A stretch of DNA of 64,000 nt from positions 52,328,001 to 52,392,000 of the forward strand of contig CM060732.1 in the NCBI GenBank assembly GCA_030704615.1. Reading direction: 5' to 3'. The stretch comes from Takakia lepidozioides (lineage: Eukaryota > Plantae > Bryophyta). Both the position numbers and the translations under genes were made by a program. This document shows, piece after piece, positions 37,165 to 48,860 of the stretch (position 1 is the first letter of the stretch; the number at the start of each line of letters is the position of its first letter). Below the pieces are notes generated by a model. It had not been told where the DNA came from. It saw nothing but the letters and a program-made list of their open reading frames with translations, and did no database searches.

Positions 37165-38700
37165 CCGAATTGCGGCGCCGAAATACTATTCCATTCACCG
37201 GATGTTGTTACCGGAGCAGCCGGCATTGAATGAACTTTCCGCACATCATGAAACCCAACCGCCATGAAAATCCCCTGCCTATGACATTCAACAGTTAGGT
37301 CGGTACGTTTCATCAGCGGACGGATGAATTTCGGCGCCACAATTCATCGCTTCCCCAGTCCTCATCCGTCATAAGCAAACCTATTAGTCGGATATCGGAA
37401 CCGGAATTAATTCCGGAACAGTGGAGACGGCTGCACTTGGGCACATTTCATCCATATTTCGGCGCCAAAATTCATTAAGAATATCTCCGTCCACGCGTAG
37501 ACCAGGTGAAATCATCCATATTTCGGCGCCGAAATTCATCCAGGTCGAAGACTAAATCAGCACCATGCTACGCGTTGCCACCATCATTGCCCCTCACGGT
37601 TGTTGTCCATGCCTGTTGGACTTGCCATGTCTGGACAGTTAACTATAATTTCGGTGCCGTAATTATACTTTATGTGCGGCAACGTCCCGTGCGAAAATGA
37701 CAACTTAATGGATACTGTCAGTTTCAAATGAAAACAACGGCTAAAATGCAATTATTTTTCCCCCAACATGAAAAAATATCCCCTTTCGTCATTGGATGTG
37801 CCGATTTCTCCATTTAATGCAGAATATTCGTGTTATCTTCGTCGGAATGGGTTATTTCAAACGAATTTCGGAACATTACATCATCCAGAAGCAAGAAGTA
37901 AGTGTCGGGTTCGGACGAATTCGGCGCCGAAATTCATCCGTCGCATAGAAAATGTAATATTAGAGTTACCCATTGCGGATAGTAAGGATGAATTTCGGCG
38001 CCAAAATTCATCCATTTCAAAGAGAAATAAATGTTGGAGGGAGGGCATTGGATGAATTTCGGCGCCGAAATCCAGCGCTCAAACCCTTAAAAGAAATTGG
38101 AGGGATGACTTCGGATGAATTTCGGCGCCAAAATCCATTGCTCGCAAAGAAAAAGAAAATTAGAACGAAGGACTTCGGATGAATTTTGGCGCCGAAATTC
38201 ATCTGTCGCACACGAAGAAAAAAATGAAGGGAGGACTTCGGATGAATTTCGGCGCCGAAATCCATCCGCAGGACAACAGAATTTGGGTCGGAAAAGGAGA
38301 AGATGAATGAATTTCGGCGCCGGAATTCATCCCTACTGCCAATTCAGGATTACTGTCATTCAGATGTCGGCACCAAAATCCAGATACGTGGTGAATCATG
38401 ACTATAATCACGAACACATTCATCCGTAATTCGGCGCCGAAATTCAAACCTTATGTGCAGAAACAATTTCATTAAGAACATGTTCATCCGAATTTCGGCA
38501 CCGAAATCCATCCGTCGGGTGCTTGCTCAGTTTCATGAGGTGAACAAATTACGATTTCTATTGGCGAAATTCATCCCCTGGCTTCCAAATCTGCTACATT
38601 ACAGAGATGTTCATCCAGATTCCGGTGCCGAAATTCATGAGAAGACCTGATTTATTGTAGCCCAACTGGTGGTACATCACAATTCAGGCACCAAATATCC
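37165..38700. repeat. Phased array of palindromes GGATGAATTTCGGCGCCGAAATTCATCC between divergent genes
   Basis: GGCGCC-type cores at 37174, 37333, 37397, 37461, 37525, 37653, 37870, 37923, 37997, 38061, 38124, 38188, 38251, 38316, 38369, 38433, 38497, 38624, 38687 (some degenerate). Confidence 0.92.
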
Positions 38701-38863
38701 GATGTGAACTTGCTGTGGTCGTCCGTATTTGTAACGTACGTTACACACCTTCATCCATACGTGCACTGATCACCCATCCTGTTGGATACAGAATCCTCCA
38801 GAAAATCACTCTTCTCATTGCAGGACTTCGCTGCGGAGCGTACCGAGAGGTACCGTCTTCAAC

Positions 38864-41460
38864 ATGGACTACCGTGTTTGGGTAAACGTGTACTTCCATC
38901 CTGATTCTCTGAAAGCTAAAATACCCTGCGACCAAGGATTTGCGATTGTCACTGAGCAGTACTTGTGTGTGAAGTTCGGGCTCCACCCTGGAACGGTGTT
39001 TTTGGAAGAGGAGACGAAGGATGCTTATGGAAATTTTTCTGGAAAGTGCCGTCATTCTGCATGCAGATTTCGGAAAGGGCAAAGAGTGGCGGCTCCCAGC
39101 TTCTGAATCCATCCGGTACAATGCAATTGGTGAAATCGTGCCTAAAGAGTTCTCACGCTGGAACTTGGTTGATCCTCCTTCCACAAGAGGGTCTGGCGTG
39201 CAAGATGTGAAGTCTGCCATAAGGGATGTGGACACCTCTTCACAAGCAGAGAAGCCCAAACATGTGAAAAGGGAAATCGAGGAAAACAGGGAAACAGTCG
39301 TCCACGACTTATCCAGTGACGATGAAGACTGTATGGTCCTTCCATCGTATGTTTCGAAGTCGTCCGTCACTAGGAGTGTTCAGATGTCGGCAGACAATGA
39401 GCACACACCCTCGGACTCAACTTCCGTCCGCTCAGTAATCGACATATTGCGGAGGATGAAGACAGCGGGTTCCCGCTCCAGTGACCTTCTTAGGCTTGAT
39501 TACGACAAAACTCCAATCCATTCTGTGGAAACTTTGCCTGAAGTTGTGGATGGGAATGCTATCTACGAGTTCCCTCCAGTGCCGGCAGGCGCAGGCCCCG
39601 ACAGCATGCTGGCAGGAATGAACAGGAAACATGACGGCCACCCTTGGTATGTCACCGAAACTTCATTGTCCAACCTAGGTGATGGAGTTCGAGTGAGATA
39701 TGTATTGTGTGTTGGGCATCTTAAATGTTTCTCGAGCACATGTTACCATTACACGAGCAGAGGCACCCGGAATGAGACTGACTGGGTTGGCAATCTGTCG
39801 ACCCCATTTTGGCCTCAAGGTAGAGTTCCTGCAGGGACGTTCAAGTGTGCCCATTGCAACGCAGCCCCTACGTGTATGGCAGTGTGCAATTTTTTTTTTC
39901 TTTTGGGGGACTAGAGACAGATTAGCTAAACAAAACAGTAAGAGCTTTACCCGAAATATGTAGTCCACCATGGCGTCCATGCTCAGCCTATACGAGGTTA
40001 TGTCTGCCTTTGCCTCCAACTTGCGCAGGAGGTCGGCACTCAGCGAATTGGCAAACTCTTGCACCCCCTGCTTCCCGACGTCCTTCACTCGGAAAAGCAT
40101 ATAGGACAAGTTGGTGGCAATGAAGGCATTCTCAGTCACCCTGCAATGCCACATTCCCATCAAATAATGTCGGAGGACGGAAGCACAAGAGAGAAGCTGG
40201 GCGAGGGGACATGAAGGAGCTGTTGGAAGCTGTCTCCCATGTGTGCAGCCCCAATGTCAAGAACCACATTGTCGGCTGCAAGAAACGAATCGGAAGAGGA
40301 TCAGACATGCACTCCATCTTGGAAGTGAAGCGCACATGCGGCTACGACTTCATCCAGGGCAACTTATTTCCTGGTCAAGGCTCAGAGACGGACAGGTGCT
40401 TCATATTTAAGATGTCAACGTGCGGACCGGGGAGCGGTGTCAATTTGGTGAAGCGGATGACCAGTGGAGACCTCTCAAATTGCTAGGTCATGTTCGACCA
40501 CATCAGGCGAATTACCAACCACGATTGGGTGACAATGGGGGCACATATATACGACCCACATTGCAGAAAGTTGATGACCATTGCTATCTGCGAAATGAAA
40601 GGAGAAGACACAGATTCAGAGTTGCATATGTGGCGCGGAATTAATGAGCAAATGGCAAGAGCGAAGTTGCCCCCTCCCGATTTTAGGGGCTTCATGGCTG
40701 ACAATGCCCAGACGAACTGGGCTGCAGTGAGGAGGGTATATGGGGACGACCCAAAGACTCCAATGGAAGGTAAGGAGAGATCTTGCGGGTTCCACTTCAT
40801 GCAGAGTTTGACGCAAAACATGAAAAGGTTCGTGGCGTCACGCCACCGGCAGGATCATATCAGTATGTGCCTTGCGTGGAAAAATGCGAATTCCATCGAC
40901 TAGGCGGAGACCGAGTTTGCAACCATACGCGCCTGGTGGGTGTCTTCAAGGGCAGTGGATGTGAAAGATCAGCCAGAACTGCAAACGTGGCTTGCGTGGT
41001 GGCACTATAGATTCCGCCAGTTTGGAGACTACATGAGACAGGTAACACATTTCTGTACTTGACAATTGTTCTGTTTTGTGCTTGGACATTCTCCACAATG
41101 AGTGACATTTCTAATTTCCTTCAACAGGAGATGAGCTTGGAGGATGACACGGATATGCCGACGACGAACATGGCCGAATCGGTGCACTCTTCCTGGCGTG
41201 CTTCCTCTGCGGCACATCTCGTTGACATGTTGACAGCAACAACAGAAGATATTGTGAGGGCCATCATGCAACAATCTCGTTACTACCAGTTTCTGGGAGG
41301 AATGCAATGGGGTATCGGACCAGACAGGCAGGAGATGCTGATGAGGGCGGCGCATCGTTCGATCGATCCCAAAAAATGGACTGCTGCATTGTGGGAAACA
41401 ATAAGGTCAACGCCGTTACACAGTCGGGGGAACTGCCTGGAGGGCGATGTCCGCAGCCGG
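38864..41460 (+). pseudogene. MULE-type DDE transposase with GCM-like N-terminal Zn domain
   Basis: CVGHLKCFSSTC..CAHCNAAPTC; catalytic VMFDH, FMADNAQ, CGFH (CxxH), WWHYR, intron 41042-~41128, TTNMAESVH; premature TAG at ~40484 and ~40901. Confidence 0.82.
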
Positions 41461-41712
41461 TTTTGTGTCCCAGTGGGAAGGGTCCTACTACACATTCCAG
41501 CATTTGCATATTGCACCTTGTGCAAACAGCAATCCATACGACAAAGGACACGTCCTAGCATACTGGCAGTGAATTGCAAAAAACCTTAACAGAAGATTAT
41601 CCAAACATGTATATTCCCCATATGGCAGAGGGAAGCTACTTGATTTCTGAATCAAAATGTATGTGCCATGAGTGTTGGCGAGTCAAAACATGTCTACTCT
41701 AGCATGCATGAC

Positions 41713-42312
41713 CTATGGTCCCCTCGCCCAAGAAGAAGGAACTCGAACTGGCCTCTCAAGGACCTCCTGAGTGACCGGGTGCCGATATTTGAACAAAATG
41801 TCAGCGGTTTCTGTCGCCCGGTTGAAACTAACGAGGATGTCGTGTTTATCGATAGCGCCCCCTTTGTAGAAGGACATTTTCACAGTGGGCCCTGTGTTCC
41901 CCTCCTCCTCATCCTTATAACTGAAGAGAATGTCCCCACTTTCCGAGCCAGTCCGTCCACGCGTGAAGTTTTCACCTATGCACTCATCATACGTCCACTC
42001 GCAACAATTCCAACGATACAACAACGTTGTGCGTGATCTGTTCGGCTGCCACTCAAGAGGAAAGTCCAGGTCCATGATGCGTAGGAACCACTTGCTCCCC
42101 AGCCGGGGTCCAAGAGAATCGTGCAATCCTGGAAGAAACTCCATTGCTCTCAGCTGGACAAGTCGAGGATCGTCCCTGTAAACATCTAGGAAGACAATGA
42201 TGTCGTCTGCTTTCGGGACAATGACTCCCGTCTGGCGTCGATAGATGTGATTTGGGCACGACATGGCCTCACGACACATCAAGAACTCAGAGCAGGGAGG
42301 AGATGGGCACAA
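41713..42312 (-). CDS. Uncharacterised 199-aa ORF inside the MULE
   Basis: Open, protein-like composition, starts just inside the right repeat array; no motif recognised. Confidence 0.35.
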   Translation of the reverse strand: MCPSPPCSEFLMCREAMSCPNHIYRRQTGVIVPKADDIIVFLDVYRDDPRLVQLRAMEFLPGLHDSLGPRLGSKWFLRIMDLDFPLEWQPNRSRTTLLYRWNCCEWTYDECIGENFTRGRTGSESGDILFSYKDEEEGNTGPTVKMSFYKGGAIDKHDILVSFNRATETADILFKYRHPVTQEVLERPVRVPSSWARGP

Positions 42313-42489
42313 CAGAGAAGAGTGAAGAGCAAAATGAGAGCGAGGCCGGTGGAAGAGGGATATATCATTGTTGCACTGCCAATGTCGTATGCGGCAGAAC
42401 TTCTATTTCCTCCGACATGTGTGCTTTTATTAGACAAATCCGCACCAGTTTCAGGAGAGTTTGCAAAACTCCCTCACCGTAAGGCGGGT

Positions 42490-43030
42490 ATTTGCTCTCC
42501 GGAGCCCAATTTTGGCGCCGTTATTGGATGGAATTTGAATATATATATAAACACGTTCATCATACATCATGTAAGTGATCTTATTGATGGACTGTGGAAG
42601 CTTCAGCCGAGAATTTTGTTTCCGGAGCCCAATTTCGGCGCCGTTATTGGTTGCACTCCAGCCTTCAGCCGGGTATTTGGTTTCCGGACCCCAATTTCGG
42701 CGCCGTTATCGGCTGCACTCCGGTGGCTTCAGCCAAGTATTTGGTTTCCGGGGCCCAATTTCGGCACCGTTATTGGCTGCACTCCGGAGGCTTTCAGCCG
42801 GGTATTTGGTTGGCGGAGCCCAATTTCGGCATCGTTATTGGCTTCACTCCCGAGCCTTCAGCCGGCTATTTCTTTTCCTATGCCCAATTACGGCGCCGTT
42901 ATACCCAACCATCCTGCACTTCTGCAACAGTACTATCCACGGTTATAGGTCGCCATTGCGTTTTTGGAGTCTGCAAACCCGGATCCTAATTCCGCTTGCG
43001 TCTCTTCCTCTGGGATAATTTCGGTGTCGT
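42490..43030. repeat. ~64-bp subterminal tandem repeat containing CCCAATTTCGGCGCCGTTATT
   Basis: Cores at 42514, 42637, 42699, 42763, 42828, 42892, 43023. Confidence 0.9.
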
Positions 43031-43567
43031 TATTGCCCAGAATTCAGTTTTTCTATGACCTGGCCTGCCGGTCCATGAACCTGGGCTCCAAGTCATGAGC
43101 GGACACTGGTACTTATGAGCGGAGTGCTTCCAGCATGAGCGCGGAAATCTTCGAAAACCTTCTCTTCTTATACTACTTTTGATTATTTTATAGTTTTGGG
43201 CCCGAAAAAAATCTGCCGAAATTCGAAGTGTGTTACTTTGCGGCTCATGGGTGAGCCATGCCCGCTCATGAGCTTATGAGCTCATGGCTCATGAGCTCAT
43301 GGAATAGCAACCCCCCACCTGTGGTCGGGCAAAAAAAGTTAGGGGAGAGAGCCTCGGCCATTTGAAGTGCCATTGCTTCAGCATACACAGGAAGTACAAA
43401 AGTGGAAAGGGGGCTGTCGAAAACAGTCTCGCCACAAATGGGGGTGTCTCCTGAAGATCCATCGCTTCCTTTCCTGCAAGTCACAGCAAGAAAAACGTTA
43501 TTACTGCAAATTTGATGTCTGCGATTGAAAAGGGCACCCAAAGTGGAATGACAATTCCATTGCAGAC

Positions 43568-44850
43568 TTACTCACATAGAAAATCATTGTGGACCTTCTT
43601 ATCCTCGTGATCCTCATCATTTCGGATTTGAATCGTTTCAATTTGTGTGCCTGATGTAGACCCAAACAGAAGGGGCAAGAGCACAGTCTTGTATAGGTCA
43701 GAGTCATCCTCCATGCCAAAAAGAGATCTTCCGCCTGCCTTGCACGCATGGTAAGTTCCTCCTGCAATAGACAGGAGGACATGAACAGTTTGTAGGGGGG
43801 GGGGATTAACGAAGATGAAAATGGTGAAAGAAAACCAAATCTGAAGGGAGAAAATGAACCTGTGGAAACCGAGAGGTCGACCACCCGTGCAGAATGGTGG
43901 CTGCATGACTCCAACAATGTCTGCATGAACGTTGGGGTTTTCTTCTTTGCACCTCTCCAGGGAGTGCCATCTGGTCTTTTGAGAGTCTGACTGAGCTGCA
44001 TGAAGTTGTACAAAATGTCATCGACATGCGGCTCATACTGAAACACCTTTGGTCAGAAATCTCGAAGCTGCGGACAGAGGATGGTGTCTTTGAGGTGCGA
44101 ATCCTCCGCAGGCAGATCGCCTCGAACATCCTCGTCTGCGAAAGACAGGAGGTTAGGGTGCGAAACATAAACAACAGTGGAATTTTGTAGACTTGCACTT
44201 CAAAACGTAGGCATGCAACAAACTGATCAGTCAAGTATTTTTGATGATCGGTGCCGATCATCACAGATGAAATTGTACAGTTACGCTGTAGAATATATTG
44301 AGGCATCATACCAGCTGACCAGGACAACTCCCTTTCACAAGGTAGAGGATGTTCACACAATTCCATGTGCGCAGAATTTCAAACCCAGAGGACTTCAGGT
44401 ACGATGCCAATGCCCGACGACTATCCTTGTCACATGACTGAAAGAGTAGAAGTGTCCCTGCATCAGAAAGGAAATAGTTGCAGAACCCAAACACCCAACT
44501 CCAGTAGTTGTCATTGAATTTGTTCCAGCTTGGCGTCTTGCCCTTCGGAAGAACTTCTGACACAGCCTGGCCGTCCGGGATGTCAAGAATGACCATGTCT
44601 GCAGCAAACGTTTTCTGCACACCGCACACAAAAGAGGGACCAGTGCTCACCTGCGACAGATATGTTCAATTTGAGAACGAAGAGAAGAATGATTGCAAAG
44701 AAACAAATACCAATACTACCAATGTCACCTACTTTGGTGAAGCCAGTTTGGCAATTCGCAGAGAGAACACATATATTGGCGGCCAGCTTCAACCTTTCCT
44801 TTGTAATATCTTCCATTATTTGACCGGCCAACCTGTGATGACGACAATGC
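43568..44850 (-). pseudogene. Second N4C/N6A-methyltransferase-like gene fragment (MTase exons only)
   Basis: ADMVILDIPDG (44570-44584), WNKFNDNYWS, FLSDAGTLLLF, PWRGAKKKTPTFMQTLLESCSHHSARVVDLSVSTG, intron, GTYHACKAGGRSLFGMEDD; clearly homologous to 32.4-33.4 kb. Confidence 0.75.
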
Positions 44851-46429
44851 TACCCATATCCTAACAGCATTGCATTCGAAAAGAATTCCCAAAATCAAGA
44901 TCATGAGGGGAAATGTGAAGTTCCCTTTGGAACCTTCCACATAGAATGAAGGGTTTGACAGCGAAATAAGGACAAAAAAGGGAAGGAAGATGCAAGTTCC
45001 GATTGGGATTTCGCATCGGGCCTGTAGCTTCATGATGGTGATTGGTTATAACTGCTAATGGAAGAGATGTAGACTTGGCAGTAGATATTTAAACATTTAT
45101 ATTATAACTTACCAATCTGACACCAGATAACCTTTGTAAATCCTATCGAACTCTCCCTTCGAATTCGCATCGTCGATGCTTCCATACATGTCCATGAAGG
45201 TAACGTTCCAAATTTCTTCAAGTAGATGCAGTTCTCGCCTATGATATGATCACCATGCTATCCTGCAATCATCGCATTTGAAGACACGACATACTGTTGC
45301 ACATTCCCTCTCTGCAAACTCCACATTCCAAATGGCATCCTCTGCAGACTCTCACTTTACAGACTCAATGAAGAATGCAACTTAGTGCTCTACGGTAACT
45401 ACAAAATGCTTGAGCTATATCAAACCAATAGGAAACTAACACATGTACTAAGCTGATAGGATTTCGGCAAACATGGATGGATGAGCTCATCCAATGGATG
45501 GATCCATTCATGTGTATGTCTTCAAAATGACACGTGTACTAATAAAGTCATATAAATTGTCTTTCATGCGTACATCGTCCCATTGACAACAGTACCACAA
45601 GGACCTCACTCCTATCCTACAAAACCTATAAGTACAGAGCTGAAGGCCTAGGTTTTCGAATGCACGCTAACTGGTTCGAATGGGTGCTGCAAGTTACCCC
45701 CGGACCCTCTCCAACAATAGAGCCTCAAGATCGAGTCAAAGAATATCAAGTGCCTGCAGCTCTTCATGTTTCGCACTTCTTGATTATATCGGGGTGGAGT
45801 ACTGTGCGAAAATCATCCAGCTTCATCAGATCAATCACTACAAGAGATGAGCGTTTTTAGGACTACGGCTTTGGCGGAGTCATAAAAACTGCACTAGGTA
45901 GATGACTACAGAGCGCTGAAATGCGTTGCAGTCATAGTTTTATCACTACATGACGCCGGATATCACTACATGACTCCGGATAGTTAGGAAGCTTTGGTCA
46001 AACATTGTTGACCACAATGACAGGGATGGTTTATATGACTAGTGTGATATATTTGACTACACGTGGACGACGTTTCATGGAATGTTATGACTCCATGACT
46101 GGAGATGATTTCACAGCTCTAATTATACGACTACATCGCTACACGTGTCATTTCGAAGGCAAATACACGAATGTATTCATCCATAGCATGACATGACATG
46201 TAAACTTATGACTGTTTGACTGCAGATTGATTCATGACTCTATATATATGACTACACAAAACCAATCAAATGCCCGATAAGAGAAGAAGATTCAAAACCC
46301 CGAAAGCTGAAAAAACCACAGCAGCGTAACCAGGATGCAGCAAACACAGAGCACAAGATGACAGCATGCACAGCCCAGACCAATCGTGAACGCCGGGGAG
46401 ACAGAAAACAGCTAACTACCCGTAATGAG

Positions 46430-47230
46430 ATGAAAAAACAGTATCGCCAAGTGAGACCTCTCCACTTCCTGATGTATGCTTCTAATGTCATTTGAGGCGG
46501 GGAAACAATAGAAATATTCAAATCCTTCAAATTCTACTCGAGGACAAGGATGGCGCGCTTCTCCAGCTGCAAAAGGTACATTTTTCAATTTTGCAAATGA
46601 GGTAGTCATTACATTCATGAAGTCAACAAAGATGAAACTTCATTGAATACACACCTGACTCCAAAATGTAGCCTTGTGAAGCCAGTTGTCAAACACATTG
46701 TCACTGATTCCCTCCACCTTTGTGTCAGGCTGTATGGTGCTCTTAGGGAACTGATTCAAGTCCTTCACTGTCTGATCTGAGTTCCACATCTCCAGCCATC
46801 TAATTTTGGTTTGGGGGTCAACCATGGAGATGGCCAGCCAGTGCAATTTCTCTTGCTGCATCTCCGGGTGCACATGCTTGTCATAGTGAGATTTGATCTG
46901 CAGAAGGAACTCCTCTCCAAGGCCAGGATCTACTATTCTAAGCTGCTTAGAGAAGGCGGACATCAGTTTGGTTCTCCGGATTTCATACTCCTTCTTTATT
47001 GCTGTCTCCACACCCTTTGATGTCCTAAGTTCCTCTGTTGTAGTGCGGTAGTATTCGGATTTCCCCTTCGCAGGTGCCTCTGCCAGTTCTTGCTGCATTG
47101 ATCAAAGTAGGGATGAGTAAAAGTGAATTACAAACATGTATTCAAAAAGACAAGTGAGTACAGGCTCGGCATTACCGCATACATGTACTCCAGAAACGCC
47201 TACAATACCGAGGAATTTCCTATGGTCGCC
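46430..47230 (-). pseudogene. Middle exons of a ParB-MTase family homolog
   Basis: KQLRIVDPGLGEEFL..EKLHWLAISMVDP vs KQVTIADPGLGAEFL..EKLHHIAVSCVEP (34867-35211); TLEAYIRKWRG vs TMENYVQSWQG. Confidence 0.7.
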
Positions 47231-47407
47231 GTGGTAATGGTAATCGTGGATCCTCTCATCTCATGAGAGGAAAAGGCAGGGGTAGGGGTTGGTTCCCCTC
47301 TGGATCTTCTGGGGAGACCTCAACATCTTCCCTCCCCTCGCTGCTGGGCAGAGGCCCTTACCAAGTAGCCACTCCCCCTGTGTCTGCTAATGTAGAACCC
47401 TGAACAT

Positions 47408-48350
47408 GTGGATCTTCTTGATGCTGATGAGACTATTCACCCTATCAACATGGAAACTGTTCGCAGTCAAACCTCTGAGCTCCAATCTCGAGGAGTATTG
47501 TTTCACTTTCCTGGACGATTGAAGAACATGGACTGGGTCAGAGAATGGGTTGTGGAACATATAGGTGGGGAGGGTCAGCTGAAGCTGTTGTTCTGTCAAC
47601 CTATGGGTAGGGGATTCTTTGATGTCATGTTTGAAATCCAGGAGGCCGCGTCTAGGGCTCTTTCCTTTAACCCTCATTTTTCTAGTCACAAGTTTCATAT
47701 ATTCCCATGGTCCCAAGATTGGGGCCATAAGAATGGTGTCTTTTGTCGCCCACGTGTCATCTCTCTCTCCTACCTTCCTTGTCAGTATCTTGCTTCTCTT
47801 CCAGAAATAGGCACTTGTTTTGGGGACTACCTGGGCTGCCTGAGTGTGTTTGATCCCGAAGTCAATAATTCCATGGTGGCTGAAATGACTAGGTGGAGCA
47901 TTTTGTCCAATATCAGTAAGTGCTCCTCAAATTGTTGTTCTCATGCCAAAGTCTGCCATTGTTCCAAAGGCCATTCGCCTTCCCTCCCTGGTAGCAACCT
48001 TCATAACTGTAGCGGTCTTTAAGGAGCAGTTTTGCATGGTGTGCCACGGGTGCAATGGTGTGGGGCATTTTCTTGTTGATTGTCCTCTGTTGAAGCGCAA
48101 GTGGGAAGCCAAGGAGGCTACTGCAAAGGCTGCAGCAGTAGTCACTAACTTCAACAATCCTACTGATCCCTCAGTTCTAAGATCTCCCACTCCCTCCTTG
48201 GCTGTCATTCCTCTAGATTCTTCTCCCTTGCTTATGCTACCTACCAATTTTATGGTTGGCTCCTCTTCCTCTCCGGTCCCTCGTTCTCCAAGATCTGCAA
48301 AGCGGCAGAAAACCCCTGTCAAAACCTCTCTTCTTTTTCTTTCGCCTAGG
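47408..48350 (+). mobile_element. L1 LINE ORF1 fragment (DUF4283-like + zinc knuckle)
   Basis: MGRGFFDVMFE..RAL..FPWSQDW..LPCQY..IGTCFG; CHGCNGVGHFLVDCP. Confidence 0.7.
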
Positions 48351-48419
48351 GCAGCAGTTGAGCAGTCATATCCGCGACTGCTTGCGTGGCACCTGGAGTC
48401 CTGCTGCAAAGAGGGTTGC

Positions 48420-48860
48420 AGTCACAACTATATGACTAATATATGACTACATTGTCTGTTGAGTGCTGCCTACATGGAGAGGCTTCAGCGGGACACGTGC
48501 GCCACTGCGCAAGCGACACGTCATGCATTCGTCAGGGGATCATATGACTATATGTCTGCAAAGTGATGCCTACATGGAGAGGTGACGGATGGACCGTGCG
48601 CCACTGCAAACTTGACATGTCACGACTTCTTGCCATGATCATATGACTACATGTCTGCACAGTGATGCCTACATGGAGAGGCGCTAGCGAGACATGTGTG
48701 CTATGGCAGATTTCACACGTGGTGACTACATGACTCGCTCATATGACTACAGGGATGTCTACATGGAGAGTTGTTAGGGGGACACCTGTTGCACTTGAGA
48801 TGTGACATGTGGCACACAGACAAAATATATGACTAGCATATATGACTACGGATCTTTACA
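48420..48860. repeat. ~100-bp tandem repeat x4 (ATATGACTAC...CCTACATGGAGAG) internal to the CACTA
   Basis: TACATGGAGA anchors at 48471, 48571, 48670, 48760. Confidence 0.85.

Larger units (their letters stand above)
31645..43314. mobile_element. Large Mutator-like (MULE) DNA transposon with cargo genes; right terminus ...GGAATAGCAACCCC, left terminus not found
   Basis: MULE DDE transposase, shared palindromic motif throughout, right end resembling the terminus of the 9-bp-TSD element at 15741-16206. Confidence 0.6.

Noticed and set aside
37900-38700. CRISPR-like look: ~28-bp palindromic repeats with ~35-bp spacers
   Set aside because: Eukaryotic context, no cas genes, several spacers are related to each other (A-tract + GAGGACTTC), and the motif also occurs singly in introns; better explained as protein-binding sites.
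42247-43018. ORFs of 131-233 aa over the right repeat array (and similar ORFs over 37.7-38.6 kb)
   Set aside because: Translations of tandem repeats (PNFGAVIG, FRRRNS) open in several frames; not credible proteins.
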